A stretch of 64,000 nt of DNA from positions 832,001 to 896,000 of the forward strand of contig CAWDSK010000005.1 in the NCBI GenBank assembly GCA_963804995.1, read 5' to 3'. The translations under genes were made by a program, and so were the position numbers. The notes beneath the pieces were generated by a model. It was not told the DNA's origin. It made no database searches and saw only the letters and a program-made list of their open reading frames with translations. Below, in pieces: positions 61,428 through 64,000 of the stretch (position 1 is its first letter; the number at the start of each line of letters is the position of its first letter). The stretch is from an uncultured Acidobacteriota bacterium (lineage in GTDB: Bacteria; Acidobacteriota; Terriglobia; UBA7540).

Positions 61428-62402
61428 GTGCCTCGCGGTGATCAACTGACACGCCAATGGAAACTCGTCCAACTCCTGGCCGGTCGGGTGGGGCGGACAC
61501 TTGCCCAACTCATGGGTGAGTTAGGCGTCAGCAAGCGCACCGTCCAGCGGGACATCGAAGTCCTAACCTCAGCAGGTTTCCCGGTCACTTCGGAGACGCG
61601 CAACGGCACGGTGTTCTGGCGCTTAATGGAAGGCTTCCATGCCGAGCGGCCTATTGCGCTGACGCTGACTGAACAGATGGCGCTCTATTTCAGCAAGGGC
61701 CTCTTCAAGCCCTTGCAGGGCACACCCATGTACGAATCGCTGGAAGCCGCTATTCAGAAGATCGGGTCACAGCTTCCCGCCCAGAGCTTCAAGTTTCTTC
61801 GTGGCTTGGACGAAGGCATCTCAGTATCCAGTTTTGGGCTAAAGGATTTCAGCCATTCGAAAGAGGTGATTCATACTTTGACCCATGCCGTATTCCAAAA
61901 GTTCACTATTCGAATTCGGCATCAGGCGGCGCACAGGGCGAAGGCTATTGAGCGCGAGGTTGATCCCTACAAGCTTTGGTACGTGAATAACGGATTGTAT
62001 CTGGTCGGTCACGACCACCGGGAGGAGGCCCTGCGGACCTTCGCCGTGGAACGGATTCAGTCTGCCCAAAAAACCAACCGGCGATTTGAAGTCCCGGAAG
62101 ACTTCAAGTTCGAGGATTTCAAACGGACCGCCTTCAGTATGGTCTGGGGCGAGCCGCAGGAAGTGAAGATCCGCTTCTCGCCGTCGCAAGCCCCATACAT
62201 TCGCGAGCGCACCTGGCACGCCAGCCAGACAATTGAGACTCATCGCGACGGGAGTATAATCCTGACGCTTTATGTCGCCGAGTTGGATGAAGTCAAGCGC
62301 TGGCTGATTGGCTTCGGCGCGGATGCTGACGTATTGGAACCTAAGGCGCTAAGGACGGAAATTGTTGCTCAATGCAGAGCCCTGGCTCGCCGGGAACGGT
62401 AA
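61428..62402 (+). CDS. HTH-WYL-WCX transcriptional regulator
   Basis: wHTH (ELGVSKRTVQRDIEVL), REVDPYKL...LYLVG...LRTFAVERI, WHASQ, WLIGFGADADVLEP..LR. Confidence 0.93.
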   Translation: MPRGDQLTRQWKLVQLLAGRVGRTLAQLMGELGVSKRTVQRDIEVLTSAGFPVTSETRNGTVFWRLMEGFHAERPIALTLTEQMALYFSKGLFKPLQGTPMYESLEAAIQKIGSQLPAQSFKFLRGLDEGISVSSFGLKDFSHSKEVIHTLTHAVFQKFTIRIRHQAAHRAKAIEREVDPYKLWYVNNGLYLVGHDHREEALRTFAVERIQSAQKTNRRFEVPEDFKFEDFKRTAFSMVWGEPQEVKIRFSPSQAPYIRERTWHASQTIETHRDGSIILTLYVAELDEVKRWLIGFGADADVLEPKALRTEIVAQCRALARRER

Positions 62403-62454
62403 AGGACCAGCTACAATTACTCTCAGAAAAGACAATCGCAGACACGGGAGACCA

Positions 62455-62889
62455 ATGGCCGCCAAGAAGGGAAGCAACGCCGAAAGCGTGGACCAACTTA
62501 TAGCAGAAATCTCAAAAATAGGCGGGGGTGCGGCCCTAAGAAGCGCGCTAAGAGAGATGCTCGGGCGAAGCGAATATAAGAGCGGGGCAGCGCGCGTTCT
62601 TCGGGATTTTCAGCGATTTCTGCAAACCCTTGCCCGCTCCGGTTTCAAGTTTTCCGAGACTTTCGGGGGTGAACTCCGATTTGCCCAACACGACTTCCCT
62701 GAACACATTGTCGCGCTGGCGCCTCAGCGTAATGGGAGTGTCGGATGGTCACATTTCTCTCCATGGGGGACGACTAACGGAACGGGGTTGCGCTCGCTTA
62801 AGAAGCTACTTGCGGAACGCTATGGGAGGGGAATCGCCTATCGCGGCAGGAGACGCATTATTCTTGCAGGCCCGTCGTCGGTGGAATGA
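62455..62889 (+). CDS. Hypothetical protein
   Basis: GGGAG RBS, 144-aa ORF co-oriented after the WYL gene; no recognised motif. Confidence 0.55.
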   Translation: MAAKKGSNAESVDQLIAEISKIGGGAALRSALREMLGRSEYKSGAARVLRDFQRFLQTLARSGFKFSETFGGELRFAQHDFPEHIVALAPQRNGSVGWSHFSPWGTTNGTGLRSLKKLLAERYGRGIAYRGRRRIILAGPSSVE

Positions 62890-63077
62890 GTGAGCGTCGA
62901 ACTGCTGCCCCCAAAGTCACTCCCCACGGGGAAGACAAGTGCTGGCTGATTCGCTTCGGCGCTGAGGCCTGTGTACCTACACCCAGCACTTTGCAGATGG
63001 AGATTGCCAGGGAGTGCCAATATTTGGCGGGCAGCGTGACCGACAAGTGAGGGCACCTCGGGAGGGAGGAATCCGGC

Positions 63078-63944
63078 GTGGGAAAAGAAGAGGGACCGAT
63101 TGGCACGATCCACCACTGGGCAGAACTGGCCAGAACACGCTCCGCTCTCAAACCGAAACGAAGGGTCACTTGGAAAAGCGTCAACCGCATGATTAGTTCC
63201 GCCCGAACGGTGTGGCTGGCGGAATCCGCTAAGTTACGTGACCTATTGCGAGAGTCAAACATGCGTTCTGAGCCTCTAAGCGATCCCTTGCTTTCGAATT
63301 TTGACCTTCATCGCTGGCTGGCGGGGGAACGCGAAGAAGTGTATTCGGACTGGCTGGAGTGGGTTGTAAAGCAGCTTCCGACGCTTGGAGATGTCTTTTA
63401 TGTACTCGGCATCGAGGAACCCTCGGAGATCGCTTCTGAAGCTCTCTCCACGTGCTCTACGGAACGGGAGAAGTGGGTGACGCTGCCCCATTGGGAATCC
63501 AATAAAAGACTTGACCTTGTGATTCGATGCGAGGGCCGTGTCCTTGTTCTGATCGAAGTTAAGATAACCTCTCCCGAAGAAGCTGACACGGCGAAGCAGG
63601 AGGAGTACTTTGAGTGGGGGGAAAAGCAACTGGAAAGTCAAAGGTACTATATCCTCCTTGCCAAAGCGGGCGAGCGCCCCGAGTACCACAAATTTAAGCT
63701 CCGCACGTTCGAGGGTCTCTGTCGGGCGCTGAGGAAACGAACCCCTGAAGTTATCAGGGAGAAGAAAATGACGGTCCTCACGGGGGCACTGGTTTTCGCT
63801 TACGTCGGGGCCATCGAACAGAACCGGCTGGGTCTGTCGTCGGGCGCGGCGCAGAGGGTATTTCGCGGAGAAGATATCGCAACGGCCCGAAGGCTTGCAC
63901 TTTATCTCGAAGACAACTTAGAGGGGAGCAACGACGATGGATGA
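63078..63944 (+). CDS. PD-(D/E)XK nuclease superfamily protein
   Basis: EEVYSDWLEW...RE...RLDLVI...LIEVK...Q..Y pattern; start uncertain. Confidence 0.75.
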   Translation: MGKEEGPIGTIHHWAELARTRSALKPKRRVTWKSVNRMISSARTVWLAESAKLRDLLRESNMRSEPLSDPLLSNFDLHRWLAGEREEVYSDWLEWVVKQLPTLGDVFYVLGIEEPSEIASEALSTCSTEREKWVTLPHWESNKRLDLVIRCEGRVLVLIEVKITSPEEADTAKQEEYFEWGEKQLESQRYYILLAKAGERPEYHKFKLRTFEGLCRALRKRTPEVIREKKMTVLTGALVFAYVGAIEQNRLGLSSGAAQRVFRGEDIATARRLALYLEDNLEGSNDDG

Positions 63945-64000
63945 AGATACGAACCTTAATTTGTTCCAAGAGGGCCTTCAGAGCTATTTCGACGCACTGG
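63937..64000 (+). CDS. Start of a translationally coupled ORF, cut by the window edge
   Basis: GAGGGGAG RBS; MDEDTNLNLFQEGLQSYFDAL overlaps the nuclease stop. Confidence 0.55.
   Translation, partial: MDEDTNLNLFQEGLQSYFDAL

Overview
A 64-kb, GC-rich bacterial chromosomal window; gene content and repeat families suggest Acidobacteriota (Terriglobia-like), which is an inference. It holds a CHASE2 adenylate-cyclase/FecR pair, several peptidases (M81, S9, M48, P1/DmpA), an MCE protein, Tat-exported enzymes, a Lol-like lipoprotein-sorting operon, CAZymes (GH30, GH79, GH38, deacetylase, beta-helix), pyrK-pyrD, two radical SAM enzymes, a SET protein, a large trypsin/permuted-papain fusion and a WYL-regulator/PD-(D/E)XK locus at the right edge. 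Three IS elements have visible inverted repeats and target duplications: ISKra4, an IS1-family element carrying passenger genes, and IS1182. Intergenic space is crowded with nested palindromic repeats and MITEs. Five genes in the left half are frameshifted. No rRNA, tRNA or CRISPR array was seen. The best leads are: (1) an archaeal-type radical SAM/SPASM enzyme that may be a GMGT-synthase-like lipid cross-linker; (2) a B12 radical SAM enzyme paired with a CDPLPPP-motif lipoprotein; (3) a WYL locus with a PafBC-like promoter; (4) an IS1182 and a MITE both inserted in 3-nt hairpin loops; (5) an IS1 element carrying an aspartyl-protease gene pair. All family calls come from motif recognition by eye; no searches were run.
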